Sequence record: OQ938541.1
Direction: 5' to 3' (one strand)
Source of the DNA: Escherichia phage vB_EcoP_PE006
DNA length: 64,000 bases
The stretch's first letter is position 1; each line of letters opens with the position of its first letter. The translations under genes and the position numbers were made by a program. The notes under the pieces were generated by a model. The model was not told where the DNA came from, ran no database searches, and was given only the letters and a program-made list of their open reading frames with translations. Of the stretch, positions 9,868-20,817 are shown piece after piece.

Positions 9868-10359
9868 ATGGATAACGTCGCATTGCCACCTGTACAATTA
9901 AATTTAAGCCCAGCTGGAATGGAATTCATCATGAAGCATGAGGGTATGAGAACCAAGGCTTATAAAGATTCCGCAGGTATCTGGACTATATGTGTAGGGG
10001 CTACGCGCGATATGAATGGTTATCCGGTTAGACAAGGATTAACGTATTCTATAGAGGATTGTCTAGCTCTGCTAGATAGAGACACACAAGACTCTGTTCG
10101 TGCTACTCAGAAGAACATAAAGGTTCCTTTACTAATTCATGAGTTTGATGCACTCACTTCTTTCAACTTCAATGTTGGCAGTGGTGCTTTGAGCACATCT
10201 AAGTTAAGGAAGGTTATCAATGGAGACGTTAAGGGGGATGTTTATTCCGAATTTCTTCGTTGGGATAAAATAACGGTCAGGGGAGAAAAGCAGAGAAGTC
10301 AGGGTCTTCATAACAGAAGGGTTGCAGAAGCTGATCTTTACACTGAAGGTAAATATTAA
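9868..10359 (+). CDS. lysozyme, glycoside hydrolase family 24 (T4-lysozyme-like)
   Basis: FIMKHEGMRTKAYKDSAGIWTICVGAT matches the catalytic E...YKD..G.WTIG.G signature of phage lysozymes. Confidence 0.75.
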   Translation: MDNVALPPVQLNLSPAGMEFIMKHEGMRTKAYKDSAGIWTICVGATRDMNGYPVRQGLTYSIEDCLALLDRDTQDSVRATQKNIKVPLLIHEFDALTSFNFNVGSGALSTSKLRKVINGDVKGDVYSEFLRWDKITVRGEKQRSQGLHNRRVAEADLYTEGKY

Positions 10360-10371
10360 TGGAGGTGCCTT

Positions 10372-11175
10372 TTGGCTATCGAAACTAATGCGGTAGTTAT
10401 TACCGACTTAAACCCGCTCTATCCTAGAGACAGGGATTACATCTACGAAGGGGCGGCTCAAATCCGCCTCATTAAACAAACACTACAGAATACATTCCCT
10501 AATGTTACAGAACCAGTTGATATAGATTCTGACACCTTTAAGATTATGTCAGAGAAGCTCAAGTTTACTGGTGATGCAATGGATGTTGGTGGTCTGATGA
10601 TTAAGAACGTCACTCCGGGGACTGGTGACAAAGATGTTGTCACTAAAGGCCAGATGGAAGCGTTCATGAAGAACTGGATGGAGAATAAGCTCTATCGAAT
10701 TGGCTCTTACTACATCACTGAAGAAGATATTAACCCCGGTGATTCTATCTCCCTAGGGTTTGGCTCTTGGGCTAAAGTGACTGGTGTTATCATGGGTACT
10801 GGTGTTGTAAACCCTGATGGCTCTGTTCCTAATGCTCAGAGAGTCGAGTTCCAAGCAGGTGGCACAGGTGGTCGCGTCTTCAATACCATTCGTACAGAGA
10901 ACGTACCTCTGATGACAGTTAATGGCTCCAGCTTCTCCTTATCCAGCAACACCCATAGTCACAACATGGTGTTTGGTCGTGGGGATGCTAGTGGTCATAA
11001 CAGCTCACCTAACTGGTATAGTCCGGGTGGTGGTTATAGTCAGAGAACTGAGAACGATACACACTCTCATACAATCTCTGGTAGTGTAAGTCTTGGTCGT
11101 GATGATATTTCTCGTCAACCTATTAACACTTTGCCACCATTCAGAGCGGCTCACATTTGGAGACGTATTAGCTAA
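10372..11175 (+). CDS. hypothetical virion/tail protein
   Basis: 267-aa ORF with TTG start 4-5 nt after GGAGGTG; Gly/Ser-rich C-terminal half. Confidence 0.45.
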   Translation: MAIETNAVVITDLNPLYPRDRDYIYEGAAQIRLIKQTLQNTFPNVTEPVDIDSDTFKIMSEKLKFTGDAMDVGGLMIKNVTPGTGDKDVVTKGQMEAFMKNWMENKLYRIGSYYITEEDINPGDSISLGFGSWAKVTGVIMGTGVVNPDGSVPNAQRVEFQAGGTGGRVFNTIRTENVPLMTVNGSSFSLSSNTHSHNMVFGRGDASGHNSSPNWYSPGGGYSQRTENDTHSHTISGSVSLGRDDISRQPINTLPPFRAAHIWRRIS

Positions 11176-11184
11176 GGAGGAATT

Positions 11185-14100
11185 ATGGCGCTGTATCCAA
11201 TAAAGTCGTTAGGTGCTGTAGGCGTTATCGCTGATCAGGCTCCGACAGACTTAGCTCCTAATGCTTTCACTAATGCTATAAATGCTCGATTTGTTGAGCA
11301 GAGAGTATTTAAGACGGGGGGCAATGCCCCTCTTTCTTATGTAGACGAAGATAAGGATTTAACCCCTCTGTCTTTCGTGTCTATGCCTTTCGATTATTAT
11401 AGCGCAGGTAATAGCTTTCTTGTTGTAGGTACGGATAAGAAGTTATATAAACTGACAGATGAAAGCTTGACTGACATTAGCCGTAAGGTTGCTACAGTCA
11501 CTAAGAAGGCTTCTGCCTCAATTAAGATTTATCCAGTTGTTTCTCAGATTGTTCCTAAAGAATCAACCATCTCAATGAACTTTAATCAGACTAAGAGTCT
11601 AGAAGTTTCTCTTCTTCCTGCTGATGCTAACAATACCGATCTTGTTTGGGAGGTTAGTAATTCAACCTATGGGAGTGTTACAGTAGACCCTAGTGATTCT
11701 AAACTTGCTACTCTAACATCTTTTGAGAGAGAGGGTAATCTTGTAGTAACCATCTCTACTGCTGATGATTCTGTAGTGGCTCAGATTGCTGTGAACATTA
11801 TAGATGGTGATTCAGGCATCTTCTTGAGTCAAGATACTGTTACTATCCGTAAAGGAGGGACTACCACTCTTACAGCTGTTACTGGTAAAACCCCTGTAAC
11901 TTGGTCCAGCAATAACGCTTCTATTGTATCCGTGACCCCTAACGCTAATTCTCTAACTGCTGTTATTACTGCTAATGGTGAGGGCAATGTAACAATAACT
12001 GCTGATAACGGAACGAAAACTGCTTCTTGTGAGGTTGTTTCCATCCCTCAGATTGACAGTATCACTTTGAGTCAGTCAGATGTGATCGTTAGTAGAGGTT
12101 CTCAATACATTTTAACTGCTACCCTTTCTCCTGCTAATGCCCCTAATCAAAACATTACTTGGACCTCTTCTAATCCAAATATTGCAACAGTATCAGGGAC
12201 CAGTACACAAGGGACGGTCAACGCCCTACTCGCTGGCTTTACTGAGATTACGGCTACCACTGAAGAAGGTAACAGAGTTGCTGTCTGTACTGTACGAGTA
12301 GACTTAGCTGGAAGGGCGATGAGAACAAGTGCTATGGCATTTGCTGCACCTGCATCAGAACCAATTGAATCACAAGAGGAAGAAGTAGTAACTCCTCCTG
12401 AAAGTGAAGAGACGATTTATTTTGCTGAGCCTACGTCTGGTATTGACACATCTGGTATGTACGAAGGTAACAGCTTCTACGACTACTCTAACGTGAATGA
12501 TATTGAAGGTTTTGCAAGAGCTTCTTTACTGGCAACCCCTTTGTCATCTGTAACATTAGATGTTGTCAGCGCCTCTCTTGATGTTGGTGAAGAGATTGTT
12601 ATCACAGCTACAGCCTCTCCAGAAGGTGATTATTCCTATCAGTGGTCTGTGGATAAGACAGGTTATGTTTCTACAACTTCAGTTACTGGTAAATCTATCA
12701 AACTGGTTGCTCTTCGTAAAGGAGAGATTAATGTAACATGTACTGTCAGCCAAATGACTCAGAAGGATTACGACGCTTTTGATGACTACCCTTGGTATCA
12801 CGCTGTTATCTCTAACTGTGCAGTTGCTACAACTCACTATGAAACTCCTCAGGTAAAAGAATTCGAATCAGAATACTTTGTAGACCTTCCGGGATGGGGT
12901 GAGCAAACAGTTGTTGATAATGATGGAAACCCTTCAGTCAAGAAGTTTAACTGGAAATGTGAAAGAGTAAGATCTTTTAATAACCGTCTTTTTGCTCTGA
13001 ATATGAGAGAGGCTAATGCTTCTGGTGTTACCACTAACTACCCACTTCGTCTTCGTTGGTCTAACTTTGCCAATGAGAACAAAGCTCCTACACTGTGGGA
13101 TGACTTTGCCTACGATCGGGTTGTGTCTTCGGACTTGGCTTCTAACATCGTAGGACAGACTCAGGCTTTAGAAAATGGATATGCTGGTTACATTGACCTA
13201 GCGGACTCTAACGGCAGCTTAATTGATATCTTACCTCTTAAAGATTACTTGTTCGTTTATACAGAGTTTGAAACGTATATTGGTTCTCCGACTAATAACA
13301 CATACCAACCTCTGATGTTCAAGAAACTCTTTAATGACTCTGGTATCCTTGCTCCTGAGTGTGTGGTTGAAGTAGAAGGTAGCCACTTCGTAGTTACTCA
13401 GAACGATGTAATCCTACACAATGGTGCAACCAAGAAGTCAATTGCATCTAACCGTGTTAAGAACATGCTGATTAATGAGGTGTGTCTGGTTAACCCTCTA
13501 GCAACTCGAGTACACTTGCATCAGGATAAGAAAGAAGTTTGGGTTCTCTATGTAGGTCCGGGAGAGCCGAAAGAAAGCTTCGCTTGCACTAAAGCTGCTG
13601 TATGGAACTACGAGTTTGATACTTGGTCTTTCCGTACTATCCCTTATGCTCAGTGTATCGGTCTGGTTGATCCTCCTGTTCTAGAGAGAGGTCCAATCTG
13701 GTCTGACTTCCAAGAGATCACTTGGGATGACCCATCTATCAAAGAACTCGTTTGGAGAAAGGATGCAACAAACTTTAGACAGAGGGTTACGATAGTAGGT
13801 TCGTTCTTGAGGGGATTCTACCAAGTGGATGTAGGTGCTCTTGATTATTTCTATGACAGGCTTAATGATAAGGTTATAGAAAAACCACTGGAGATGAGAT
13901 TAGAGAGAACTGGTATGGATTTTGATAACATCACTAACGAATGGAATCAGAAACATATCAATAGGTTCAGACCTCAGACGACAGGTTCCGGTACGTATAC
14001 TTTTGAAGCAGGTGGTAGTCAATTCTCTAACGAGTATGGTCATCCACACACATCTAAGACGTATACGATTGGTGTTGATAGGCATGTCTCGGTGAGACTG

Positions 14101-14202
14101 AACCATCCATACCTTTTCTATAATGTTATAGATAATGATGTTAACAGTAATGCTGCTATCAATGGGTTAACGATAGAGTTTGCTGTTGGCGGACGGAGAT
14201 AA
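11185..14202 (+). CDS. large structural protein with tandem Big_2 Ig-like domains
   Basis: 1005 aa; repeated Big_2 signatures (VTWSSNNASIVSVTP..., NITWTSSNPNIATVSGTSTQGTVNALLAGFTEITATT...). Confidence 0.6.
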   Translation: MALYPIKSLGAVGVIADQAPTDLAPNAFTNAINARFVEQRVFKTGGNAPLSYVDEDKDLTPLSFVSMPFDYYSAGNSFLVVGTDKKLYKLTDESLTDISRKVATVTKKASASIKIYPVVSQIVPKESTISMNFNQTKSLEVSLLPADANNTDLVWEVSNSTYGSVTVDPSDSKLATLTSFEREGNLVVTISTADDSVVAQIAVNIIDGDSGIFLSQDTVTIRKGGTTTLTAVTGKTPVTWSSNNASIVSVTPNANSLTAVITANGEGNVTITADNGTKTASCEVVSIPQIDSITLSQSDVIVSRGSQYILTATLSPANAPNQNITWTSSNPNIATVSGTSTQGTVNALLAGFTEITATTEEGNRVAVCTVRVDLAGRAMRTSAMAFAAPASEPIESQEEEVVTPPESEETIYFAEPTSGIDTSGMYEGNSFYDYSNVNDIEGFARASLLATPLSSVTLDVVSASLDVGEEIVITATASPEGDYSYQWSVDKTGYVSTTSVTGKSIKLVALRKGEINVTCTVSQMTQKDYDAFDDYPWYHAVISNCAVATTHYETPQVKEFESEYFVDLPGWGEQTVVDNDGNPSVKKFNWKCERVRSFNNRLFALNMREANASGVTTNYPLRLRWSNFANENKAPTLWDDFAYDRVVSSDLASNIVGQTQALENGYAGYIDLADSNGSLIDILPLKDYLFVYTEFETYIGSPTNNTYQPLMFKKLFNDSGILAPECVVEVEGSHFVVTQNDVILHNGATKKSIASNRVKNMLINEVCLVNPLATRVHLHQDKKEVWVLYVGPGEPKESFACTKAAVWNYEFDTWSFRTIPYAQCIGLVDPPVLERGPIWSDFQEITWDDPSIKELVWRKDATNFRQRVTIVGSFLRGFYQVDVGALDYFYDRLNDKVIEKPLEMRLERTGMDFDNITNEWNQKHINRFRPQTTGSGTYTFEAGGSQFSNEYGHPHTSKTYTIGVDRHVSVRLNHPYLFYNVIDNDVNSNAAINGLTIEFAVGGRR

Positions 14203-14206
14203 CAAC

Positions 14207-14235
14207 AAGGGGCTTCGTGCCCCTTTTATTGTTTT
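14207..14235 (+). terminator. rho-independent terminator
   Basis: AAGGGGC-TTCGT-GCCCCTT stem-loop followed by TTATTGTTTT. Confidence 0.55.
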
Positions 14236-14245
14236 GGAGGAACTT

Positions 14246-15214
14246 ATGGGTGCAGGTGGTTTTCGTAAGAACACTGGTCGTAATAACACCACACTCCCGT
14301 ACAACGTTGGGTTTCTCAATAATGTACAGGACACAGAAACATATAACGTAGCCGTATATGACGAGCTACAGAAAGTTAGTACAGCTACTAACCAAATGTT
14401 CCAAGCTATTGATGAGATTCATGATGAGATTGATGTTCGTATCAAAGCTCTTCATGCGATGAACTTACAATTTGATGAGCTTGAGAATAGAATTACTACA
14501 GAGATAGAGACAGCTATTGCAGATATTATAACACAGATGGGGAACCTCTCCACTGAAGATATTTGGGATAATTCTGTTCAACCTCCTGTAAAATTAGAAA
14601 GCACTGTATCTGGCTTTAAAACAAGTATTGAAGGTAACACAACTAAGATTCAAACGGTAGAAGGGATTGTTAACGACCAAGGTCAAGAGATTGCTTTAGT
14701 TCAGACAGAGATTCAAAATATTAATGGAAGCCTATCTCAGTATATGAAGCTTTCTGAGTATGAAGCTACATGGGGAGTTAACTCTACAGTCAACGGAAGA
14801 TATGCTGGGGTCAAGTTAACTAACAACGGAACAAACAGTCAATTCCAAGTAACAGCTAACAAGTTTATTGTTGGTGATGGTAGCTCTGGTAACACCCCTT
14901 TTGTGTTTGAGGGTGGAAGAGCTAGGATGGAGTTCGCTGACATAAAGAACGTCAACATCACAACAGCTCAGATTGCCAACGCTAGAATCCAATGGGCACA
15001 GATTGATAACGTATCTATCTCCAATGCTCAGATTCAGAACTTGTCAGCGGATAAGATTACTGCTGGTTCTATGTGGGGTTCTAACTGGAGACTTACGGTT
15101 GGTGGTGATTTTGTTATGGGTGGTACAGGTGGTTCTCAGTTGTGGATGAATGGTAATAGAATAGATTTTTATGATGGGAGTGGGACTCTTCGCATAAGAA
15201 TAGGGAGTTGGTAA
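14246..15214 (+). CDS. tail fibre-like protein
   Basis: ATG at 14246 follows the terminator and a GGAGG SD (the track start at 14180 overlaps the upstream gene and hairpin); repeats NITTAQIANARIQWAQIDNVSISNAQIQNLSADKIT. Confidence 0.5.
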   Translation: MGAGGFRKNTGRNNTTLPYNVGFLNNVQDTETYNVAVYDELQKVSTATNQMFQAIDEIHDEIDVRIKALHAMNLQFDELENRITTEIETAIADIITQMGNLSTEDIWDNSVQPPVKLESTVSGFKTSIEGNTTKIQTVEGIVNDQGQEIALVQTEIQNINGSLSQYMKLSEYEATWGVNSTVNGRYAGVKLTNNGTNSQFQVTANKFIVGDGSSGNTPFVFEGGRARMEFADIKNVNITTAQIANARIQWAQIDNVSISNAQIQNLSADKITAGSMWGSNWRLTVGGDFVMGGTGGSQLWMNGNRIDFYDGSGTLRIRIGSW

Positions 15215-15215
15215 T

Positions 15216-16250
15216 ATGGCATATGGAATATGGACACGCCCGGTCGGTCCGGGTCCAGCGGCACCTGCTGATATTTACATTGATAGTGGTAGCACATTTC
15301 CTCAACTCAGAAACAGGGTCAGTGGGAATTTCTCTTTTAGTGGAAATACCTGTGACTTGCCTATAAGCGGTTGGGATGGAAGTGGTCAGATAGTTGTAGT
15401 TCCAACAGGATCTGTTGTTTGGGAGAGATACATACCTCCTAACGTAACATCTGATGTGTATTGGCTAACGGATATATCTGTTATTAACAACTCAACCTTC
15501 AGAGTTACTATGGATTATAACGTAAACGGTTGGGTATTTGATATGGCTTTTAATGTGTATCAAATATGGCCTAGAGCTAATAGAAACTATGGAATCACAT
15601 TCTCCAACTCTGCTGACTATTTCTCAATCTCTGATTCTGGGGTTGTTGGTCAATGTATTTGGGCTTGGGAGGGTGATATAAACGGTTCTCTTCAAATACC
15701 AGATATTGGTGGTTTTGACATGAGCCGAGCAACTGTCTACGCGAATTGGAGTAACGGCGGAGCAGGTCTGCTATACAACCCATCCAATAGGGTTGTTTAT
15801 GTGTACCAGAACAGGTCTCATGATAATGGTAACACAAACCAAACAGGGTACATTGGTGGTGTTAGGATTGCCGTCTTCTGTGATGGTTCGGGAGTACCAA
15901 CCCACAATGGAGGTTTAAATATCTTTTCTCCAAATGGATCTCAGTGTGTATTTTCTACATATAGAACCCCTTTTAGAGTTGAGGGCTTTATGCCTATGAG
16001 TGGTGGTAACACATCTTTGGCCTATCCAATGATACCTCTATCTTATGGTGCTGGTGCAATAAGAGGTAAGGCTAGTGGTTGGTATTTTCAACACACAAGA
16101 TCCCACATGATGAATGGCTCTTCTTTCGGTACAGGTTTCGGAAGGATGATTTACTCTTGGAGTAGTCAATATGATTTAGGAGGGGGTGGTGCCCTCGGGT
16201 TAAGTATTCCAGTATTAGATGCTAGAAAGATATTCAGGAGTATACAATAA
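15216..16250 (+). CDS. hypothetical virion protein (beta-rich, possible receptor-binding)
   Basis: 344 aa, G/S/N/W-rich; contiguous with fibre-like genes. Confidence 0.45.
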   Translation: MAYGIWTRPVGPGPAAPADIYIDSGSTFPQLRNRVSGNFSFSGNTCDLPISGWDGSGQIVVVPTGSVVWERYIPPNVTSDVYWLTDISVINNSTFRVTMDYNVNGWVFDMAFNVYQIWPRANRNYGITFSNSADYFSISDSGVVGQCIWAWEGDINGSLQIPDIGGFDMSRATVYANWSNGGAGLLYNPSNRVVYVYQNRSHDNGNTNQTGYIGGVRIAVFCDGSGVPTHNGGLNIFSPNGSQCVFSTYRTPFRVEGFMPMSGGNTSLAYPMIPLSYGAGAIRGKASGWYFQHTRSHMMNGSSFGTGFGRMIYSWSSQYDLGGGGALGLSIPVLDARKIFRSIQ

Positions 16251-16259
16251 GGAGATATT

Positions 16260-17042
16260 ATGGCAATTAGAATGGGTATCGAAGAACTAGACCCAATGGT
16301 ACAGCAAGCTTCAAAGAAGTACGGGATTCCTGCTGCTTTGATTCATGCTGTAATCCAAAGAGAGTCTAGTGGACGTCCTAAAGTAGCCTCTGGAACTGGT
16401 CCTGTAGGTTTAATGCAGATCAGTAAAGGGTTGGCTAAAGACTATGGATACAAACTAGAAGATAGACTGGACCCAGCAAAGAATATTGACATGGGTGCTC
16501 GTTATATCAGAGATAACTTAAAAGCTTTTAATGGCGATGTTAAGAAAGCAATGGTTGGTTACTCTGAAGGGACAGGGGGTGCTAGGCAGATGTTTGCTGG
16601 TAAGAAAGGGTTTACCCCTCAGGCTCTAGACTCAATGAACAACAAACACTTTCTTCCTTTTTACGGTGATGCAGCTTCTCAGATTGCTAACCCAATTGGG
16701 GCTTTGCAAGCTGTTCAACCATCCAATCAGTTTAATCCTGACTTGTTAGATAGAGAGAAGGCTGCACAAGCTCCCACTCAGGCAGAGATTGCTGCTTCTA
16801 AGACGGGTGCTTTAGGTGGTAATCCGGTAGAGTTTTACTCTGATGAAGTACAGGAGGGTGAAGACCAGAAGCCTCAACAGAACTTTGGTAATGCAGTATT
16901 AGGAGTAGCTGCTATGCTTGCTGGTAAACCTCCTACTTCTCAAACAGTTCAGAGGGCAAGTGCACCTCATGCAGCAGGTTCTCAGTACAGTCCACAAACA
17001 CAAGCAGTGCTTAGACGTTTGGCTAGCATTGGTGTTAAGTAA
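16260..17042 (+). CDS. lytic transglycosylase (SLT domain) virion protein
   Basis: AALIHAVIQRESSGRPKVASGTGPVGLMQISKGLAKDYGY matches the E-S...GLMQ...Y SLT signature. Confidence 0.75.
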   Translation: MAIRMGIEELDPMVQQASKKYGIPAALIHAVIQRESSGRPKVASGTGPVGLMQISKGLAKDYGYKLEDRLDPAKNIDMGARYIRDNLKAFNGDVKKAMVGYSEGTGGARQMFAGKKGFTPQALDSMNNKHFLPFYGDAASQIANPIGALQAVQPSNQFNPDLLDREKAAQAPTQAEIAASKTGALGGNPVEFYSDEVQEGEDQKPQQNFGNAVLGVAAMLAGKPPTSQTVQRASAPHAAGSQYSPQTQAVLRRLASIGVK

Positions 17043-17061
17043 TAGTCATTAAGGAGGACTT

Positions 17062-18114
17062 ATGTCTTTATTTGGAAAATCAGCTTCTAGCAAAACCACA
17101 GTGGCTCCTTCCTCTCAGGTTGATGCCCTGCTGAAGCAGATTGTTGCTAATGCTCAGAATATGCAGAACAACGATCAGGGATTTATTTCCCAACAGCTGG
17201 CTGGGTTTAATGGCAACCAACAAGGTGCTCTGAATAACTTAGCAGCTTCTACAACTCAAAAACAATTGGCTGATATGTACACACCTCGTACACAGCAAGG
17301 TTTGGACCAACTGAACTCTCTTGCCAAACAGTATCAGAATATTGTTAATGGTGGCGGTTTAACTGCTGATGGTGTTAACAACTTTAGTAAAGGATTAAAT
17401 AGCTCAGCTCTTGCTCAGGCTACTAGCAAAGCAGCTTCTAATGTTTCTCTTGGCAATGGCTCTGATTCAGGCTCTCTCCGTAGGGCTGCGGCTCAAGGGG
17501 CGGCTTTGAATGGTGCTAATACAAATCTATCTCGTACCATCAATGGTAAGAACATGGGAATCAGTGCTCTTCAACAAGACCAGAACTTCCAGAGAGGTTT
17601 GCTTGGTGCTCAGTCTGGTTTAGCTGGACAGAATCTCAATCTTGGTGCTCAAGGTGTTCAGTCAACTCAGCAAGCTATCCAGAATCAACTTATGGCTGGT
17701 AATCTACAACAGCAACAAGCTCAAGCTCAAGCAGATATCAATTGGCAAAACGCTATTGGTTCTCAGCAGTATGGATGGAATCAGCTTAACAACCAGCTTA
17801 ATGTATTAAACAGTGTAAGCCCGATGGCTGGATACACAATTAAGAATGCTGCTCCGGGAGTTAATACTGGACAACAGCTCCTAGGTGCTGGTATCACTGG
17901 CTTGGGTATTGCAGGTCGTTTGGGTGCTTTCTCTCCTAACCAACAGACCCAGAATGCTTGGAGTTCCTATAACAACTCAGGTGGGCAGTCTGGTATGGCT
18001 GGTCCTATGATTGGAGGTTCTAATCTTTCTCAACAGAAAGGTCAGTCTAACTGGTTATCCACAACGGGTAATAATATCTTAGGCGGCGTCTTAGGGGCAT
18101 TCGGAGCAAACTAA
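17062..18114 (+). CDS. Q/N/G-rich virion protein (paralog A)
   Basis: 350 aa low-complexity; shares N-terminus and GFNGNQQGALNNLA block with the next gene. Confidence 0.5.
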   Translation: MSLFGKSASSKTTVAPSSQVDALLKQIVANAQNMQNNDQGFISQQLAGFNGNQQGALNNLAASTTQKQLADMYTPRTQQGLDQLNSLAKQYQNIVNGGGLTADGVNNFSKGLNSSALAQATSKAASNVSLGNGSDSGSLRRAAAQGAALNGANTNLSRTINGKNMGISALQQDQNFQRGLLGAQSGLAGQNLNLGAQGVQSTQQAIQNQLMAGNLQQQQAQAQADINWQNAIGSQQYGWNQLNNQLNVLNSVSPMAGYTIKNAAPGVNTGQQLLGAGITGLGIAGRLGAFSPNQQTQNAWSSYNNSGGQSGMAGPMIGGSNLSQQKGQSNWLSTTGNNILGGVLGAFGAN

Positions 18115-18126
18115 AGGAGATTTAAT

Positions 18127-19095
18127 ATGGCACTTTTCGGAGGCGGGGGTAGTAAGACTACTTCTCAAATGATTCGCCCTGAATATATTCAACAGTATAT
18201 TGACCAGCTTAATCAACAGATTGGTAATACTAGTTCAGGGGATTATGTTTATCGTGACAATGTAGGATTCAATAACAACCAGACAGAAGCTCTTAACAAC
18301 TTAGCACAATCTGGTGCCCTAGGGACTCTCTCACAGCAATACATAGATGCAGCAGGTCAAGGGTTGGGTTATCTAGATAATGCCTATAAAGGCTATCAGA
18401 GCCTCTCTGGACAAGGTGGGATTACTGGGGAACAGATTGGTGCTCTTGCTGGTCAACTGTATGATGACGATGCTGTTCAGGCAGCTATTACAGCTAATAA
18501 TGAACAAGTTCAGCAGAACCTAGCACGCAACGCTCTTCCTCAGCTAGCTCAGCAGTATGCTGGTCAGCAGGGTTCAGGTGCTCGTATGGCTAAATCTTTT
18601 GCTCAAGGTGATGCTCTGAATCAGATGCAAAGCCAAGCAACAGATATTACTAACAGTGCTTATAACTCGGCTATCAACCAAGCTGAAAGCATTCTCTCTG
18701 GTAATAGACAGAATCAGGCAGCTGCTCTCTCAGGTCTTTCTACTATTGGTTCTAACCTTTCCAATTTAGGTCAACAAGGTGCTGATCTATCTCAACAACA
18801 AATATTAAACCAATGGAAGGCTGGGTTGCAGCAACAACAGCAACAACAGAATGAATATGATAATGCCTACCAGAATGCTCAGAACGCAGCTAATTGGGGA
18901 TGGCAAGATATCAACAACCAACTCGGTGCAGCAGGTGTACTTAACGGCGCTCTCGGACAAACTACAACTACTAAAACATCTGGTGGGGGTGGTGGCTTCT
19001 TAGGTGGAGCTATGAGTGGTGCAGCAGCTGGCTCTTCTTTTGGTCCTTGGGGTGCCTTGGCTGGAGGGGTGATTGGCGGGATGGCTAGTTCTTAA
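18127..19095 (+). CDS. Q/N/G-rich virion protein (paralog B)
   Basis: MALFGGGGSKTT... and GFNNNQTEALNNLA mirror the upstream gene. Confidence 0.5.
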   Translation: MALFGGGGSKTTSQMIRPEYIQQYIDQLNQQIGNTSSGDYVYRDNVGFNNNQTEALNNLAQSGALGTLSQQYIDAAGQGLGYLDNAYKGYQSLSGQGGITGEQIGALAGQLYDDDAVQAAITANNEQVQQNLARNALPQLAQQYAGQQGSGARMAKSFAQGDALNQMQSQATDITNSAYNSAINQAESILSGNRQNQAAALSGLSTIGSNLSNLGQQGADLSQQQILNQWKAGLQQQQQQQNEYDNAYQNAQNAANWGWQDINNQLGAAGVLNGALGQTTTTKTSGGGGGFLGGAMSGAAAGSSFGPWGALAGGVIGGMASS

Positions 19096-19108
19096 TTAGG
19101 AGATAAAT

Positions 19109-20788
19109 ATGCAACAGACAACTTACGCTCAGGTCAGAAGTCGTGACCCGAGAAATACTTTCTATGGTGTTAATCCGGGAGCGGCTTCGGCCTCTCCTTA
19201 TATGGCTAGACCTACTCAGACAGCGGATGTTTCTATGTACCAGCGTCCTGCTGTACCTTCATCTCTCGCAGGTCTTGTCTCTCAGGCAGAAGAAGATCAG
19301 AATGCTATGGTGAATCCGGGATTCCAGCAACGTCTTATGGAACAACAGAATCAAGGAACCCCAACAAGTCTTCAGGGTATTGACATTGGAGCACCAGCCC
19401 CTGTAGCAGCTAATCCTAATTTATCTACTGATCAAGGTTTGCAGGATGCTGGACTTATGCCTAGTGACCCTCTTCCGGTGACACCTCCTGCCAAGCCACT
19501 AGAAACTGGTCCTATGGAGTTTACTCCTTCTCAGGTTGAACAAGCACAAGGTGTTGTTAATACTCTTGCTCAAGGACAAGACACTGGTGACGGAATGGCT
19601 GCTGCTACTCGTACTAAAGATCAAGAGCGTGTTAACAATGATATCTTGCAAGTTGCAAAAGCTAAAGATCCTTCAGAAGCTTGGAAGAAGTTACAGAAAG
19701 AACCTTTCTATCAGAACTCTAGTTTCTATACAGGTTTAATGGGTGTAGGTCTTTCTATCATGTCAGGTAAATCTCCTATCGAAGCATTCCAGATTGGTCA
19801 GGGGATGGCTAATCAAGATGAGACTAAAAAGCAACTGGAAGCTAACCGTGATGCTCTGATTGAACAAGGTTTCTCTCAAGACTCAATTGCAGCTGCTATT
19901 GCTCAGGGTGATCCATCTCTTCTGAAGATGAAAGCTAAAGACCCTCTTCAACAGGAAGATCTGTATGCTGCTCGTGAAGAACGTCAGAATGCTGAGTGGG
20001 ATAGACGTCAAGCTATCAATGAAGAATCTGCTGAGAGAAACCGTAAGGCTACTTTGGAAAATCAGTTAGCTCTGGCGGAAGCGCGTGGTGAGATTACTCG
20101 CGACAACCTTTTGTTCAAGAAGGATCACAATGTTCGTAGAACATCTCCTAAGTGGGAAAAATCAGAGGAGCTTGGTGGTATTACCCCTAACTTACGAGAT
20201 AAGTTACAGCAATCTTATCGTCCTGTTATTAATGTCCTAGCTTCTCGAAACAAGTGGATGGCTCCTACAGAAGCTGCTATTTCTAAATTAGGAACTGGTG
20301 CAAACTCTCAAGAGAACTCAGCTCAGCAACGTGCTGCTATTGAGAACTTGACTAAACTTATTCAGGGTGGTTTAGCTTCTATTAACGGAGAAGTTATGAA
20401 TGAGCTTACAGGTGATCCAGATTGGGTTAACAACAAGTTGAACAAGATTCAGATGATGGCAGGTCAAGGCCCAACCGAAGCAAATATCAAGTGGCTTAAA
20501 GCACTCGGTACAGAGATTCAAGAGATTGATAAAGAGGCAACTAAATACCAAGTAGCCCCTCTAGTAGAATCTTTGATTCTTGACAGCGGTTTGGCTCCTG
20601 AAAATGCTATTAGAGCTGCTAACTCTATTTTTGCTCCTGGCTCTGTTCGACTCACTACTGAAGAGTTTAAAGAATGGTCTCGTGGACACAGTAAAGTTCA
20701 TGATAAAACATTCCCTGATGACAAGCCTCCTAAATTGAAGGGTGGTGCTTTATCCGATTCTTCAGATACTAGCTGGTTCACTCAATAA
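19109..20788 (+). CDS. hypothetical virion protein
   Basis: 559-aa ORF with TTAGGAG SD in the structural operon. Confidence 0.5.
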   Translation: MQQTTYAQVRSRDPRNTFYGVNPGAASASPYMARPTQTADVSMYQRPAVPSSLAGLVSQAEEDQNAMVNPGFQQRLMEQQNQGTPTSLQGIDIGAPAPVAANPNLSTDQGLQDAGLMPSDPLPVTPPAKPLETGPMEFTPSQVEQAQGVVNTLAQGQDTGDGMAAATRTKDQERVNNDILQVAKAKDPSEAWKKLQKEPFYQNSSFYTGLMGVGLSIMSGKSPIEAFQIGQGMANQDETKKQLEANRDALIEQGFSQDSIAAAIAQGDPSLLKMKAKDPLQQEDLYAAREERQNAEWDRRQAINEESAERNRKATLENQLALAEARGEITRDNLLFKKDHNVRRTSPKWEKSEELGGITPNLRDKLQQSYRPVINVLASRNKWMAPTEAAISKLGTGANSQENSAQQRAAIENLTKLIQGGLASINGEVMNELTGDPDWVNNKLNKIQMMAGQGPTEANIKWLKALGTEIQEIDKEATKYQVAPLVESLILDSGLAPENAIRAANSIFAPGSVRLTTEEFKEWSRGHSKVHDKTFPDDKPPKLKGGALSDSSDTSWFTQ

Positions 20789-20808
20789 GACCTAAGTCCT
20801 GCCTTCTA

Positions 20809-20817
20809 TAATGTATA
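20809..20817 (+). promoter_or_regulatory. TAATGTATA promoter-like element
   Basis: Exact TAATGTATA 39 nt upstream of the ATG at 20856. Confidence 0.45.

Noticed and set aside
14180-14245. Track start at 14180 for the 344-aa fibre-like ORF
   Set aside because: It overlaps the upstream gene and a terminator hairpin; the ATG at 14246 with GGAGG SD is used.
17062-19095. Q/N/G-rich repetitive coding sequence as a possible CRISPR array or tandem DNA repeat
   Set aside because: The repetition is at the amino-acid composition level inside two long ORFs; there are no regular direct repeats with spacers.
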